From Bacteriovoracaceae bacterium (GTDB taxonomy: Bacteria > Bdellovibrionota > Bacteriovoracia > Bacteriovoracales > Bacteriovoracaceae): a stretch of 64,000 nt of DNA. The translations under genes were made by a program, and so were the position numbers. This document shows positions 8,715 through 18,772 of the stretch, piece after piece. The stretch covers positions 100,744-164,743 of the forward strand of contig JABIHA010000085.1 in assembly GCA_018649885.1 (NCBI GenBank), read 5' to 3'. The notes beneath the pieces were generated by a model, which saw nothing but the letters and a program-made list of their open reading frames with translations, ran no database searches and had not been told where the DNA came from. Within the stretch, counting starts at the first letter, position 1. Every line of letters starts with the position of its first letter.

Positions 8715-10045
8715 ATATGGATAAAGATAAACTCATTGAAGGTTTTTCCAAGTTGGAAAAAAAGCAAAAGATCGACTGGATCAACAGTGAATTTATGGCC
8801 CGGCCCAATCTTAGTGAAATGGTTGAATCCTTTTGGCATCCAGACTTAAAAAAGCAAAAGGTCTTTGACGAGTTTAGTGAAAATACCATCACAAATTTTT
8901 ATTTCCCTTTTGGTGTGGCACCAAATTTTCTAATTAATAATCGTGTCTATTGTATTCCGATGGTGATTGAAGAATCATCAGTGGTAGCAGCTGCTTCCAA
9001 GGCCGCAAAGTTTTGGCTAAGTAGAGGTGGATTTCATACTGAAGTTCGATCTGTCGAAAAAGTTGGGACAATTTATTTTCGCTATCCTGGTGCGGCTTCC
9101 GCGCTCAAGAATTTTTTCGAAAATTATAGTGAGACACTTACCCTGGAGGCAAGTGAGCTATCTGCCAATATGGAAGAAAGGGGCGGCGGGATTATCGATA
9201 TTAATCTAATCGATATGAATGAGTCGGAAGCAAACCTATATAAAATCGAAGTAACTTTTAATACCTGTAATGCCATGGGCGCAAATTTTATAAACTCGAT
9301 TTTAGAGTGTTTTACTGAGAAATTTAAACAAGATGTAAATACTGGAAGAGTTCTCCAAGAGGGAAATTACCCAGTTGAAATAATAATGTCCATTCTTTCA
9401 AATTATACTCCAAATTGTTCAGTTAGAGCTTGGGTAGAGTGTGATGTTGATGAACTGGGAGAGTTTCCGGGAGGAATGTCCGCCGAGGTTTTTGCAGAAA
9501 AATTCTTAATGGCGACAAAGATTGCCCAGATCGATCCCTATAGAGCGACTACCCATAACAAGGGTATTATGAACGGAATTGACTCAGTTGTCATGGCTAC
9601 AGGAAATGATTTTCGGGCAGTGGAAGCTTGTGCTCATACATACGCTAGTAGAAAAGGAACTTATAGTTCTCTATCTCGGGCAGAAGTCGCAAACGGCCTT
9701 TTTAAATTTGAGTTGGAAATACCTATGTCGCTTGGAACTGTTGGTGGCTTAACCTCACTTCATCCAATGGCAAAATACTCACTAGAATTACTAGGCTCAC
9801 CTAGCTCAGATGAGTTAATGCAAATAGTTGCCACTGTTGGTCTTGCTCAGAATTTTTCTGCTATTAGATCTCTGATAACGACTGGAATTCAAAAAGGGCA
9901 TATGAAAATGCACTTACTAAATATTTTGAAATCCCTTGGAGCTAGTGAGGACGAAACTCTAAGGGCCGTGGATTACTTTAAGGAGCACAAAGTGTCCTTC
10001 AAAGGTGTGAGAAGTTTTTTAAGTGAAAGAAGATCCTACCAATAG
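8711..10045 (+). CDS. mvaA: Class II HMG-CoA reductase
   Basis: EESSVVAA, NAMGAN, RATTHNKGIMNG, GNDFRAVEA, GIQKGHMKMH. Confidence 0.95.
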   Translation: MNMDKDKLIEGFSKLEKKQKIDWINSEFMARPNLSEMVESFWHPDLKKQKVFDEFSENTITNFYFPFGVAPNFLINNRVYCIPMVIEESSVVAAASKAAKFWLSRGGFHTEVRSVEKVGTIYFRYPGAASALKNFFENYSETLTLEASELSANMEERGGGIIDINLIDMNESEANLYKIEVTFNTCNAMGANFINSILECFTEKFKQDVNTGRVLQEGNYPVEIIMSILSNYTPNCSVRAWVECDVDELGEFPGGMSAEVFAEKFLMATKIAQIDPYRATTHNKGIMNGIDSVVMATGNDFRAVEACAHTYASRKGTYSSLSRAEVANGLFKFELEIPMSLGTVGGLTSLHPMAKYSLELLGSPSSDELMQIVATVGLAQNFSAIRSLITTGIQKGHMKMHLLNILKSLGASEDETLRAVDYFKEHKVSFKGVRSFLSERRSYQ

Positions 10046-11057
10046 AAAAGCCCTGGGGAATTATTTGTCTACGCATATAGAAAGAGATCAATATTTTTAT
10101 GGAAAAGGTAAAATCCTTCTTAGTGGTGAGTATTTTATTTTAGATGGAGCGTGCTCTATTGCTCTGCCCACTGCTTTAGGTCAATCGCTTAGTGTAAAGT
10201 ATAGGCGATCATTTGATCCCAAATTATATTGGAAGGCCCTAGATAGTAAGGGCAACACCTGGTTTGAGGCCACCTTTGAATTTTGGCATTTTAGTTGTCT
10301 TGATCATAAAGATAATGCTTATGCTAAGAAACTCGAACATATTCTCAATATGGTGAGAAGCCAGAATAAGCATTTCTTAAGAGACGGGGTCGATGTATTT
10401 GTCGAAACTAAACTTGAGTTTCCAATGGATTGGGGTTTAGGCTCCAGCTCTTCTTTGATTTATAATATTGCACAGTGGGCCTATATTTCTCCTTTTGAGC
10501 TTTTATCTCAAACTTTTGGAGGTTCGGGTTATGATATTGCTTGTGCCCAGGCCGTAGGACCCATCATCTTCAAGAAAGTGGGAACTACTCCTACTTGGTC
10601 TCAAGTAGAGTTCAATCCTGTTTTTAAAGAAAATCTATACTTTGTTCATTTAGAAAAAAAGCAAAGCACCAGTGAAGCAATCGAGTTTTACAGAAGGGCC
10701 AGCGTTAAAAAAAATGAGCTGGCCATAAAACTAACAGATATTACCAAAAATCTTTTAAAGACTAATAACCTTGAAGAGTTTGAATTTCTAATAGCTGGAC
10801 ATGAAAAAATTGTTGCGAATGCACTTGAAATGACCAGGGTTAAACAAAAGTATTTTGATGATTTCTGGGGAGAGGTCAAGTCCCTTGGTGCATGGGGAGG
10901 AGACCTAGTCTTGGCCACCAGTACTAGAGGGCATGATCAAACTTGTGAGTATTTCAAGAGCAAGGGGTTTCCAGAAGTGATTGCTTTTAATAAATTGGTT
11001 GAATTGCCTGAGCGCGCTGTTTCAGAGGTCGTTAAAAGTGAAAGAGTTCTTCAATAA
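10023..11057 (+). CDS. GYDIA-family GHMP kinase (putative phosphomevalonate kinase)
   Basis: GKILLSGEY, WGLGSSS, GSGYDIACA, KSLGAWGGD; lies within the mevalonate operon. Confidence 0.85.
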   Translation: MKEDPTNRKALGNYLSTHIERDQYFYGKGKILLSGEYFILDGACSIALPTALGQSLSVKYRRSFDPKLYWKALDSKGNTWFEATFEFWHFSCLDHKDNAYAKKLEHILNMVRSQNKHFLRDGVDVFVETKLEFPMDWGLGSSSSLIYNIAQWAYISPFELLSQTFGGSGYDIACAQAVGPIIFKKVGTTPTWSQVEFNPVFKENLYFVHLEKKQSTSEAIEFYRRASVKKNELAIKLTDITKNLLKTNNLEEFEFLIAGHEKIVANALEMTRVKQKYFDDFWGEVKSLGAWGGDLVLATSTRGHDQTCEYFKSKGFPEVIAFNKLVELPERAVSEVVKSERVLQ

Positions 11058-12132
11058 CAAATACACGCAGGGTGAGTTTGAGCTAGGCTCAAATTCAATT
11101 TGCTATAGCTGCCCTTCAAATATTGCCCTCATCAAGTATTGGGGGAAAAAAGAAACTCAACTGCCCCGTAATCCATCTTTAGGTTTTTCTCTTGAAGACG
11201 CTAGAACTACTACTAAACTAAAGTATTCAAAACGCGGAAGGCCCTGGGATGATTCTCCTGATCTCAAATTTTATTTTGAAGGAAGTCAAAATCAAAGCTT
11301 TGCTATGAAAGTTAGTGGCTTCATTACCAAGGCCTCTGAGTATTTGCCTTTTTTAAGATGGCTTGATTTTGAATTTGATTCCTCCAACTCTTTTCCCCAC
11401 TCCTCGGGGATGGCCTCATCGGCTTCGGCCATGAGTGCAATTGCGCTGATCTTCGTAGACATTGAAAATCAATTATTTAATCTTGACCAAAACCAGGACG
11501 TGATCCGAAAAAAGGCTTCAGCTCTTGCGAGGATTGGATCAGGTAGTGCTTGCAGAAGTCTCCTTCCGCACTTTAGTGTTTGGGGAGAGACCCCTGAGTA
11601 TGAGGGCAGTAGTGATCTATTTGCCATAGACATAGACAAGCAGGTCCATCAAGACTTCATGGATATTTGTGACAGTGTGGTCATCGTTTCGAGTCAAGTT
11701 AAGAGTGTTTCAAGTAGTCACGGACACAAATTGATGGACCAGCATCCTTTTGCTGAAAATAGGTATCTTCAAGCTAGGGAAAATCTCTCTAAGCTAAAGG
11801 GCCATTTGAAAAAAGGCGACTGGGTAGGGTTCGGTGAGCTCATTGAATTAGAGGCCCTCACCCTCCATGGACTTATGATGTCTTCATCACCGTCATACAC
11901 TTTGCTAAGGCCTCTCAGCTTGGAGATAATTGAAGAGTTGAAGAACTTTAGGACGAAAACGAATTGTGATATTTATTTTACCCTTGATGCTGGGCCTAAT
12001 ATTCACCTAATTTATCCTCATAAGGAAAAAGAAAATCTATTGGTCTTTTTGAGATCATTAAACCTTAGCTGTGATGTCCATCATGACCACCTTGGAAGTG
12101 GCCCTAAAAAATTGGTGGTGACGAATGGGTGA
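10981..12132 (+). CDS. mvaD: Diphosphomevalonate decarboxylase
   Basis: PSNIALIKYWGK, GMASSAS, ARIGSGSACRS, TLDAGPNIH; likely start GTG at 11038. Confidence 0.93.
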   Translation: MLLINWLNCLSALFQRSLKVKEFFNNKYTQGEFELGSNSICYSCPSNIALIKYWGKKETQLPRNPSLGFSLEDARTTTKLKYSKRGRPWDDSPDLKFYFEGSQNQSFAMKVSGFITKASEYLPFLRWLDFEFDSSNSFPHSSGMASSASAMSAIALIFVDIENQLFNLDQNQDVIRKKASALARIGSGSACRSLLPHFSVWGETPEYEGSSDLFAIDIDKQVHQDFMDICDSVVIVSSQVKSVSSSHGHKLMDQHPFAENRYLQARENLSKLKGHLKKGDWVGFGELIELEALTLHGLMMSSSPSYTLLRPLSLEIIEELKNFRTKTNCDIYFTLDAGPNIHLIYPHKEKENLLVFLRSLNLSCDVHHDHLGSGPKKLVVTNG

Positions 12133-13057
12133 TAATTTTTCTTCGAAAATATTACTATTTGGAGAGTACTCAATTATTCATAATTCTGATGCTCTTGCAA
12201 TTCCTTATGAGCTGTTCGAAGGGAAACTAAATTTTTCGACAGAAGGAGATCATCCTTTTAAGGTAAAGGAATCCAATAAAGAGCTGAAAAATTTTCTACT
12301 CTACCTATACGATATTAAAGAACAGATTGATTCTTATATTGATTTGACTTCTTTTGAGTTTGATATTGAACAAGGCCTTTATTTTAAGAGCTCTATTCCT
12401 CAAGGGCATGGCATTGGTAGTTCTGGGGCATTATGTGCTGCCATTTATGATTGTTATGGAAAAGGACAGTACCGGATTGATAAGATCTTCTCTAATCAAG
12501 ACATCCATCAACTTAAAACTATATTTGGACTTCTTGAGAGTTATTTTCATGAAAAGAGCTCTGGTATTGATCCACTCATTAGTTATTTAAGCAGACCTCT
12601 ACTTATTATCGGTGGAAAAGATTTTGAATCTCCTTCTCCTGATCTTAAATCAAAGGGGAAGGGAGTCATTTTTCTTTGTGATACGGGAAGATCGAGAAGG
12701 ACAGGACCACTCGTAAATTTATTTTTAGAAAAATGTCAGAATGAAAAATTTCTAGCTGATTTTAATGACCAGTATGTACCTCTTAATAATATTTGTATTC
12801 AAAATTTTCTTAAAAGAGAGAGCTCTGAGCTCATCACCAACTTTAAAAAACTCTCTGAGTATCAATACAAGTGTTTTTTACCTATGATTCCTAAACTGAT
12901 TCGTAAAGTTTGGAGGCAAGGGATTGAATCTGATGATTACTACCTTAAGTTATGTGGTGGAGGTGGAGGTGGATTTCTTCTCGGAATGACAACTGATTTT
13001 GAGAAGTGTAAAAAGTATTTTACAAATTTCCCTATCAGGGAAGTTTGCCAATTTTAA
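12125..13057 (+). CDS. mvk: Mevalonate kinase
   Basis: SKILLFGEY, PQGHGIGSSGAL, FHEKSSGID, KLCGGGGGG. Confidence 0.88.
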   Translation: MGDNFSSKILLFGEYSIIHNSDALAIPYELFEGKLNFSTEGDHPFKVKESNKELKNFLLYLYDIKEQIDSYIDLTSFEFDIEQGLYFKSSIPQGHGIGSSGALCAAIYDCYGKGQYRIDKIFSNQDIHQLKTIFGLLESYFHEKSSGIDPLISYLSRPLLIIGGKDFESPSPDLKSKGKGVIFLCDTGRSRRTGPLVNLFLEKCQNEKFLADFNDQYVPLNNICIQNFLKRESSELITNFKKLSEYQYKCFLPMIPKLIRKVWRQGIESDDYYLKLCGGGGGGFLLGMTTDFEKCKKYFTNFPIREVCQF

Positions 13058-13998
13058 CATTCAAGTAATACTTTGAGAGTGCCTTTTTCAGCAGCTCTTT
13101 TCAGTCCGGTGGTACCTTCAGTGAGAGAAAAGCTTTGATCAATTAAGGGAGTAGGATTTAACTTACCTGAACTTAGCATTTCTACTGCTTTTTCAAATGG
13201 ACCGCATCTAGACCCTATAAGGCTTAGCTCATTAATAACAACCATTGCAGGATTAAATAAAAATGAATTGGCGTAAGTAGATTTTAATACGATTGTACCT
13301 TTCGGCTTGGTTATGGAAATAGCCTTTTCTAACCCCTTGGGGCAACCAGTTGCTTCAATCACAAGATCGAAGTGTCTATCTCCAGTTGTATCGACATAGT
13401 TAATTTCTAGAGGGCCAAGCCTTGAGCTTCTGTCGGGGTGATGTCCTAAAAGGGTTGTGTCTTTTCCATTTGCTGCTAGCGACATAGCGATCAAAAGACC
13501 AAGCTTTCCATCACCCAGGACACAAACCTGATGGTTTTCTTCAATCTCAACTTGCTGTTGAATTTCAAGTGCGGCTGCAAGAGGTTCTACAAACACGGCT
13601 TGTCGGTCGCTGACATGACTAGGAACTTCAACCAGATTGACTGTAGGGACGCAGATATATTCTGAAAAGCACCCTGGGCGGTTCACTATCCCCATGACGG
13701 ATCGAGTAGGGCAGTGATGAAAATCTCCTCTTAGGCATACAGCACACTCCCTACAAGAGAAATTTATGTCACAGACTACTCTTTTGTCTATCCACTGGGA
13801 GTCGCTTGATTCAACCACAACACCCACAAACTCATGGCCTAAAATTCCCGAAAATTCCATATAGCCATTCATGATCTCTAGATCAGTATTGCAGATACCT
13901 GCGGTTGTAACTCGAATTAAACTTTCACTTGCCGTAGGAATAGGACGGTCGACTTCAATATATCGGGGTGTTCCCTTTGAAAAAACTAGTGCTTTCAT
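13054..13998 (-). CDS. Zinc-dependent alcohol dehydrogenase (MDR family)
   Basis: GICNTD, GHEFVG, CxxCxxC...C structural Zn site, GDGKLG. Confidence 0.9.
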   Translation of the reverse strand: MKALVFSKGTPRYIEVDRPIPTASESLIRVTTAGICNTDLEIMNGYMEFSGILGHEFVGVVVESSDSQWIDKRVVCDINFSCRECAVCLRGDFHHCPTRSVMGIVNRPGCFSEYICVPTVNLVEVPSHVSDRQAVFVEPLAAALEIQQQVEIEENHQVCVLGDGKLGLLIAMSLAANGKDTTLLGHHPDRSSRLGPLEINYVDTTGDRHFDLVIEATGCPKGLEKAISITKPKGTIVLKSTYANSFLFNPAMVVINELSLIGSRCGPFEKAVEMLSSGKLNPTPLIDQSFSLTEGTTGLKRAAEKGTLKVLLEC

Positions 13999-14051
13999 GA
14001 TTCAAATTATGCCGTATTTTTGGGTGGTAGTGCAAGTATTAGGTTGCTTGA

Positions 14052-17000
14052 TTAAATATAGTCAAACATATACTCAGAAGGGGCGCCATATTTGACTACA
14101 AATAATTCGTAGGGAAGATTGACTAGAACCTCTAGATCATCTGCGCCCTCAGGTTCAAATTCTGTTTTTTGTAGCGCTCCAATATAGGGGAGGTCCGCTC
14201 GAAAAAGGATAACGTGGAGACCGGAACCAAATAGGTTGTTGGCCATCCTGATATTGAAGTCAGTGGAGGTAATTAAAAAATCATCTGCGCTTTTTATTCC
14301 AGAGCTAGCAGATTTTGATCTCAGAAGTCTTACAAGTGGTCCATATTCCCCTGTTTTAACATTGTTTTTAAGCAGTCTATTGACTCCAATAGTTCTGGCA
14401 TTTGATGAAATGGCAATATAAGCTCCTAGCATAACGCTTGTGAGAGCAACTCGCTTAATTTTTTCTGCGCCGGTCTCGTTATTTGTTGCTGACTTATAGT
14501 CGTAATATTCAAGTGCAGCAGCAGGTATCCCTCCTGCGATGGCACCAATGAGAAAAAGAGGAAGAAGGCTTTTTCCAAATTGCCCAAGAAAACTTACTTT
14601 ACCTCCAAGCACTACACCATTTTTAACTGCAAGAGCTTGCATTGCTTCCATAGATAAAGTTTCCCCTGCTTTCATAAGTCCTTTAGCTGTCAAGGCTTCT
14701 GTCAGTTGGAGTTTTTTTGCATTTGTTACTACTTGTGTGGGATTCATTCTAGCAGTGCTTATGCCCGCTGCCTCAAGAACACCTCTAAGTTGTTTAAAGC
14801 GGGACAGTGTCGTAAATAGATGAAGAGATCCCACAATGACAATGGCACCGATCAAATTTGTACCCACAAAGTTCCAATCCTTGAGCATTTCATCAAAATT
14901 ATCGCGAACCATATAATCCACACTGAGCATTACACCCATATCAATGGCAATATCAGTGCCTGCTAAAACGTAGAAGCTGGGCTCAATTGCAAGTGCTTTG
15001 TGGTGTAGCCCTAGAAAATACTTTAAGGCCCTCGACATACCTGGTATGCCTTTGGCACCTCCAACCGAGGCAAGCATACGAGAATATAATGTAGGCCTTG
15101 AAAGGCCCTTAGCGAACATTGCTGCCCTCATCTGTAACTCTTTTGTGAGTACTGCTTTCTGGGCAACTGTGGCACCAACAGATCTGAGTTTTAAAAATGT
15201 TTGTCCAGCTCTGAAGGAAAGAAATTTTCCAAGACTTCCAAGAGCGCGAAGTGATAATTTTGATGTTTGCATCAGGGCTATAATGGCCCTTGATTTTGCT
15301 ATTGGAATTATCACTTTTGTCCCAACAACTTTGAGTCCTCTTGTGAGAAGCATCAGTTTATTGGCCGGGATAAATGTCAAAATCCCCATTATGATCATAT
15401 CTCTAAGGGCATCAGATTCAATTTCTACAGATTCTTCTGAGTATTCATGTTGTGATCCATCAACTGTGCCAAAGAATAAATTTGAAGCTAGCTTTGCTAC
15501 TCTTCTTTTGTCTACATAACTGAGGACACTACCAGCAAACGCAACCGATCCTCCTACAAAAAAAGCTGCAGTGGCCACATTAATACTGGTCCCTGCGATT
15601 GTCACTAATATTGGGGCTGCTCCTGCCAAGGCCAGTCCGCCAGTTAATAAAACCGCTCCAACTGCGACTATACTCCCACCAATCATTAGACCTTGCACAA
15701 GCTTGGCACGACTTCTCTGTTTTTGACTTAACTTTGAGGCCAAAAGGTAGGCACCATTGTCAATAGCAGCTGCATGCTCAGCAAATAATTCTTTTGCAGC
15801 AGCAACGTAACCAGGAAAAATGGCAAGTTCATGAAATGGCATATCTGAGCTAAAGTATGAATCACCAAAACCATCGTAGTTTTCGGTTGTACTATAATAT
15901 TCAAGACTTTCACCATTGGCCCTTAGGGCAGTGTAAAGAATTTTTTCAAGGGTTCCAGCAAATGTATCGTAGGCATTCATAAAATAGCTGTTTTTCACTG
16001 AATCCATCGAGGTCATTAAGTTAGAGTCAAAGGCCATTGGCATTTCCATGGGAAGCGACTCAGAGTAGGATTGATTACTACTATACTCAAGTGGATGAAT
16101 AATCTCTGTAGAGTATGAAGGCCAGCTATTATCTGGCACACTTTGAACTTCCTTAGTAGATGGAAATTCGTAGTTTTTCACAAAGTATGAGTAAATATGT
16201 TGATATAATGGAATAGACTCAAAATCATTGGATAAAATTCTATATCTATTTAATATATACTCCCTTGTTGCCAGGAGTTCTTCTATTTGTGGTCCAATTT
16301 TATATCTGGTGATGTATTTTTTCTTGAGCTTGGCTATATGGTGTTTTAGATTGTTTCGGGGGGTGCAATATCCCTCTTTTTGACTGCAATAAAGATCCTG
16401 GGCACGGTCACTTTCGGCCATAGAAATGAATTTGGGATGAAGCCACATTTCATCATTTAAAAATCTTATTCTTTGATCTAGTTTTGTTAACTCAAAACTA
16501 TAGAGAATGAGACCATCAAAAACCTTTCTTTTGAGAGCATAGCTTGATCCATAATCTCTACTATCAAGATCTTCAATAATTGAACCCAGTGGTTCGTATT
16601 GATTAACCCTTCCATAACTGTAGAGAATTTTTACGTCTGTGGGGACTGAAAAATCTTGATAGTTAGAAACCCTACCACCGTAACGAGTATTTAGTCTTGT
16701 TAGACCACTTTCTCCACCAATTAACTGTTTAAGAGATAGTCTCGATTTCAACAAATCTAAAATGGCAGCAGTTCTAATTGTGTAAGCAGCTATCATTTTG
16801 TCTTTTTTAGGGCCTGACTGTGATCTGATTGAGTATGATTTCTCGCCCCTTATGCCATCAAACATACCATTATTAGGTAGTCCATCTTGAAGAATTAGGC
16901 GGACTCCTGAGCCTTCGACATAGCCTTTGCCCTCATCAATATCATAGTCGTGATATTTTAATTGAGATTTAATATGGGTGAGAATTTCACTTAAGTTGGG

Positions 17001-17168
17001 TGGGGAGTCGTCTTGAGGGCAATAATCTTGTGCCCAAACGATCTGCAAATTTGAAAAGCAGCTAACTATTAGAAATTGAATAAGAGTAATGAGTGCAGAC
17101 TTTCTAATTATAAACGCTCCTGACTTCATGTAGATAGTTTTGTTTCTTAATTTTACTAAAAGAAACAA
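14052..17168 (-). CDS. Large exported/membrane hypothetical protein with Gly/Ala-rich hydrophobic segments
   Basis: 1038 aa ORF (likely start ATG at 17129); signal-like N-terminus; several hydrophobic helices in the C-terminal half. Confidence 0.75.
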   Translation of the reverse strand: MFLLVKLRNKTIYMKSGAFIIRKSALITLIQFLIVSCFSNLQIVWAQDYCPQDDSPPNLSEILTHIKSQLKYHDYDIDEGKGYVEGSGVRLILQDGLPNNGMFDGIRGEKSYSIRSQSGPKKDKMIAAYTIRTAAILDLLKSRLSLKQLIGGESGLTRLNTRYGGRVSNYQDFSVPTDVKILYSYGRVNQYEPLGSIIEDLDSRDYGSSYALKRKVFDGLILYSFELTKLDQRIRFLNDEMWLHPKFISMAESDRAQDLYCSQKEGYCTPRNNLKHHIAKLKKKYITRYKIGPQIEELLATREYILNRYRILSNDFESIPLYQHIYSYFVKNYEFPSTKEVQSVPDNSWPSYSTEIIHPLEYSSNQSYSESLPMEMPMAFDSNLMTSMDSVKNSYFMNAYDTFAGTLEKILYTALRANGESLEYYSTTENYDGFGDSYFSSDMPFHELAIFPGYVAAAKELFAEHAAAIDNGAYLLASKLSQKQRSRAKLVQGLMIGGSIVAVGAVLLTGGLALAGAAPILVTIAGTSINVATAAFFVGGSVAFAGSVLSYVDKRRVAKLASNLFFGTVDGSQHEYSEESVEIESDALRDMIIMGILTFIPANKLMLLTRGLKVVGTKVIIPIAKSRAIIALMQTSKLSLRALGSLGKFLSFRAGQTFLKLRSVGATVAQKAVLTKELQMRAAMFAKGLSRPTLYSRMLASVGGAKGIPGMSRALKYFLGLHHKALAIEPSFYVLAGTDIAIDMGVMLSVDYMVRDNFDEMLKDWNFVGTNLIGAIVIVGSLHLFTTLSRFKQLRGVLEAAGISTARMNPTQVVTNAKKLQLTEALTAKGLMKAGETLSMEAMQALAVKNGVVLGGKVSFLGQFGKSLLPLFLIGAIAGGIPAAALEYYDYKSATNNETGAEKIKRVALTSVMLGAYIAISSNARTIGVNRLLKNNVKTGEYGPLVRLLRSKSASSGIKSADDFLITSTDFNIRMANNLFGSGLHVILFRADLPYIGALQKTEFEPEGADDLEVLVNLPYELFVVKYGAPSEYMFDYI

Positions 17169-17248
17169 AATTAGTCTGGATCATTTACCAATCTACTATT
17201 TCTTTCAGGGTGTAAGTGGCATTTTATGAGCAGATTTGTAGAGAATTT

Positions 17249-17279
17249 GAGAAATGATGTAATTTTTACATCATTTCTC
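17249..17279. repeat. Perfect 14-bp inverted repeat (terminator or operator)
   Basis: GAGAAATGATGTAA-ttt-TTACATCATTTCTC. Confidence 0.6.
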
Positions 17280-17301
17280 TGGAGCGAGATAAACTATCAA
17301 A

Positions 17302-18138
17302 TTAATTATTTTCCCCACCTTGGCCTTGACGAATGCAGTGAATGGCCTCTTGAGCACTGTGAAAATTGGCCTTAACATTTTCCATTTTAGTTAAAACAAA
17401 CTCTTTCCAGTCATGGGATATAAGGCTTGCAAGGGAGATTTTCTTCTCAATTTCGATGCCTTTATCCAACTGTGCCATCACACCTTCTAACATGGCCCTC
17501 TTTGCTTGCATTCTTGCCATGGGAGCTTGCATATTGATGCCATTCAAAATATTTTGGGTTGTACTTTTCTTTGTATTGTCGGAGTAAACTTGGTGAACAA
17601 AACCACAAGACATGAGCTGGCTATACTCAACTGGGCTTCCAGAAAGTATCCAATTTCTGTAAATTCCGTGAGGAACAAAGTAGGGAAGAAATCCAATCCC
17701 ACCTGATGATGGAGTGAATCCCTGTTTGAGGTGATTAAAACAGACCTTTCCATCGGTGGCCATAATCTTTATGTCAGCACCTATTACTAATTCACTGGCA
17801 ACTCCAGAGACGCCATTTTTTAAATCAACGACCACTGTTTGTGGTAAAAAAAGCATACCGTAGGTAAGAGCTTGTACTCTAAGTAGTAGTTCAGCTAGTT
17901 CATTATTATCGAGGCATGATATCTCTTCAGGGTCCCAGCCTAACGAAAAATGGGGTGTGTTTGAAGTGAGAAGTATTGAGGAAATTTCAATTTTACTAGT
18001 GGCCCAACTAAGTATTGATTCCAATTCAAAAATTGTTTTACTGCATAGTTTTTGATTGGGTTTTGAAAGTTCGATGAGTAGTGATCTTGTCTCTTTTTGT
18101 AGATCAACATTTAAGGTTTTATATTGAAACCTAGACAT
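17302..18138 (-). CDS. Enoyl-CoA hydratase/isomerase (crotonase) family protein
   Basis: FSLGWD, SELVIGADIKI, GFTPSSGG, CGFVHQV. Confidence 0.85.
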   Translation of the reverse strand: MSRFQYKTLNVDLQKETRSLLIELSKPNQKLCSKTIFELESILSWATSKIEISSILLTSNTPHFSLGWDPEEISCLDNNELAELLLRVQALTYGMLFLPQTVVVDLKNGVSGVASELVIGADIKIMATDGKVCFNHLKQGFTPSSGGIGFLPYFVPHGIYRNWILSGSPVEYSQLMSCGFVHQVYSDNTKKSTTQNILNGINMQAPMARMQAKRAMLEGVMAQLDKGIEIEKKISLASLISHDWKEFVLTKMENVKANFHSAQEAIHCIRQGQGGENN

Positions 18139-18143
18139 TTATT

Positions 18144-18155
18144 ACCGTCCTTGGT
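18144..18155 (-). promoter_or_regulatory. Putative CsrA/RsmA site over the RBS
   Basis: ACC-AAGGAC-GGT hairpin (CANGGANG) 5 nt before the ATG at 18138. Confidence 0.45.
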
Positions 18156-18385
18156 GAGTTGCTAGAGAACTTAATCCGTATTCTCTTTTCAACAGTTCTT
18201 TATCTATTCAATAATTACCCAATTTAAGTGTCAAGCACGCTTTGAATATATTCTCCTCACTAATTTAACCAACCTTGTTGGTTAAATTTTTCAGAGACAC
18301 AAAACCATTGTTTTAGAGATAATTTGGGGTGATACTAAGGAAAATCAAGCCATGGTTTTTATAGCTGATAAAAGAGGTTTTTTCT

Positions 18386-18772
18386 TTGAATATAGATATC
18401 TTAAAAGGCCGAAGAATATTGGTCGTTGATGATGAAGAACATATTAGATCTATCTTAAAAGATGAAATGGAAGAGCTGGGGATGGAGGTTATGGAAGCAT
18501 CCAATGGTGACGAGGCCTTCGATATTATAAAATCAAGTGAAATAGATATTATTATCTCAGACGTGCGAATGCCTGTGGCATCTGGGATGAAATTACTTGA
18601 ACATCTAAGTACACTTGAAAAGAAACCCCGTACTATAATGATAAGTGGGTTTTCAGATTTAACTATTGATAAAGCAAAAGAGATGGGAGCACACGGGATA
18701 ATGGCCAAGCCATTTCACTTTGATGCTATCCTTGAGCAAATGGCACTTGTATTATCTAGCAAGGCTTCTTAA
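18386..18772 (+). CDS. Single-domain response regulator
   Basis: ILVVDDE, SDVRMP, MISG, MAKPF. Confidence 0.92.
   Translation: MNIDILKGRRILVVDDEEHIRSILKDEMEELGMEVMEASNGDEAFDIIKSSEIDIIISDVRMPVASGMKLLEHLSTLEKKPRTIMISGFSDLTIDKAKEMGAHGIMAKPFHFDAILEQMALVLSSKAS

Noticed and set aside
14236..15519. Plus-strand ORFs inside the 1038-aa gene
   Set aside because: Antisense shadows with no recognisable motifs
13054..18138. Myxococcus Aib-type isovaleryl-CoA pathway (MDR plus crotonase near mevalonate genes)
   Set aside because: No mvaS or aibAB; the genes are not in one operon with the mevalonate cluster
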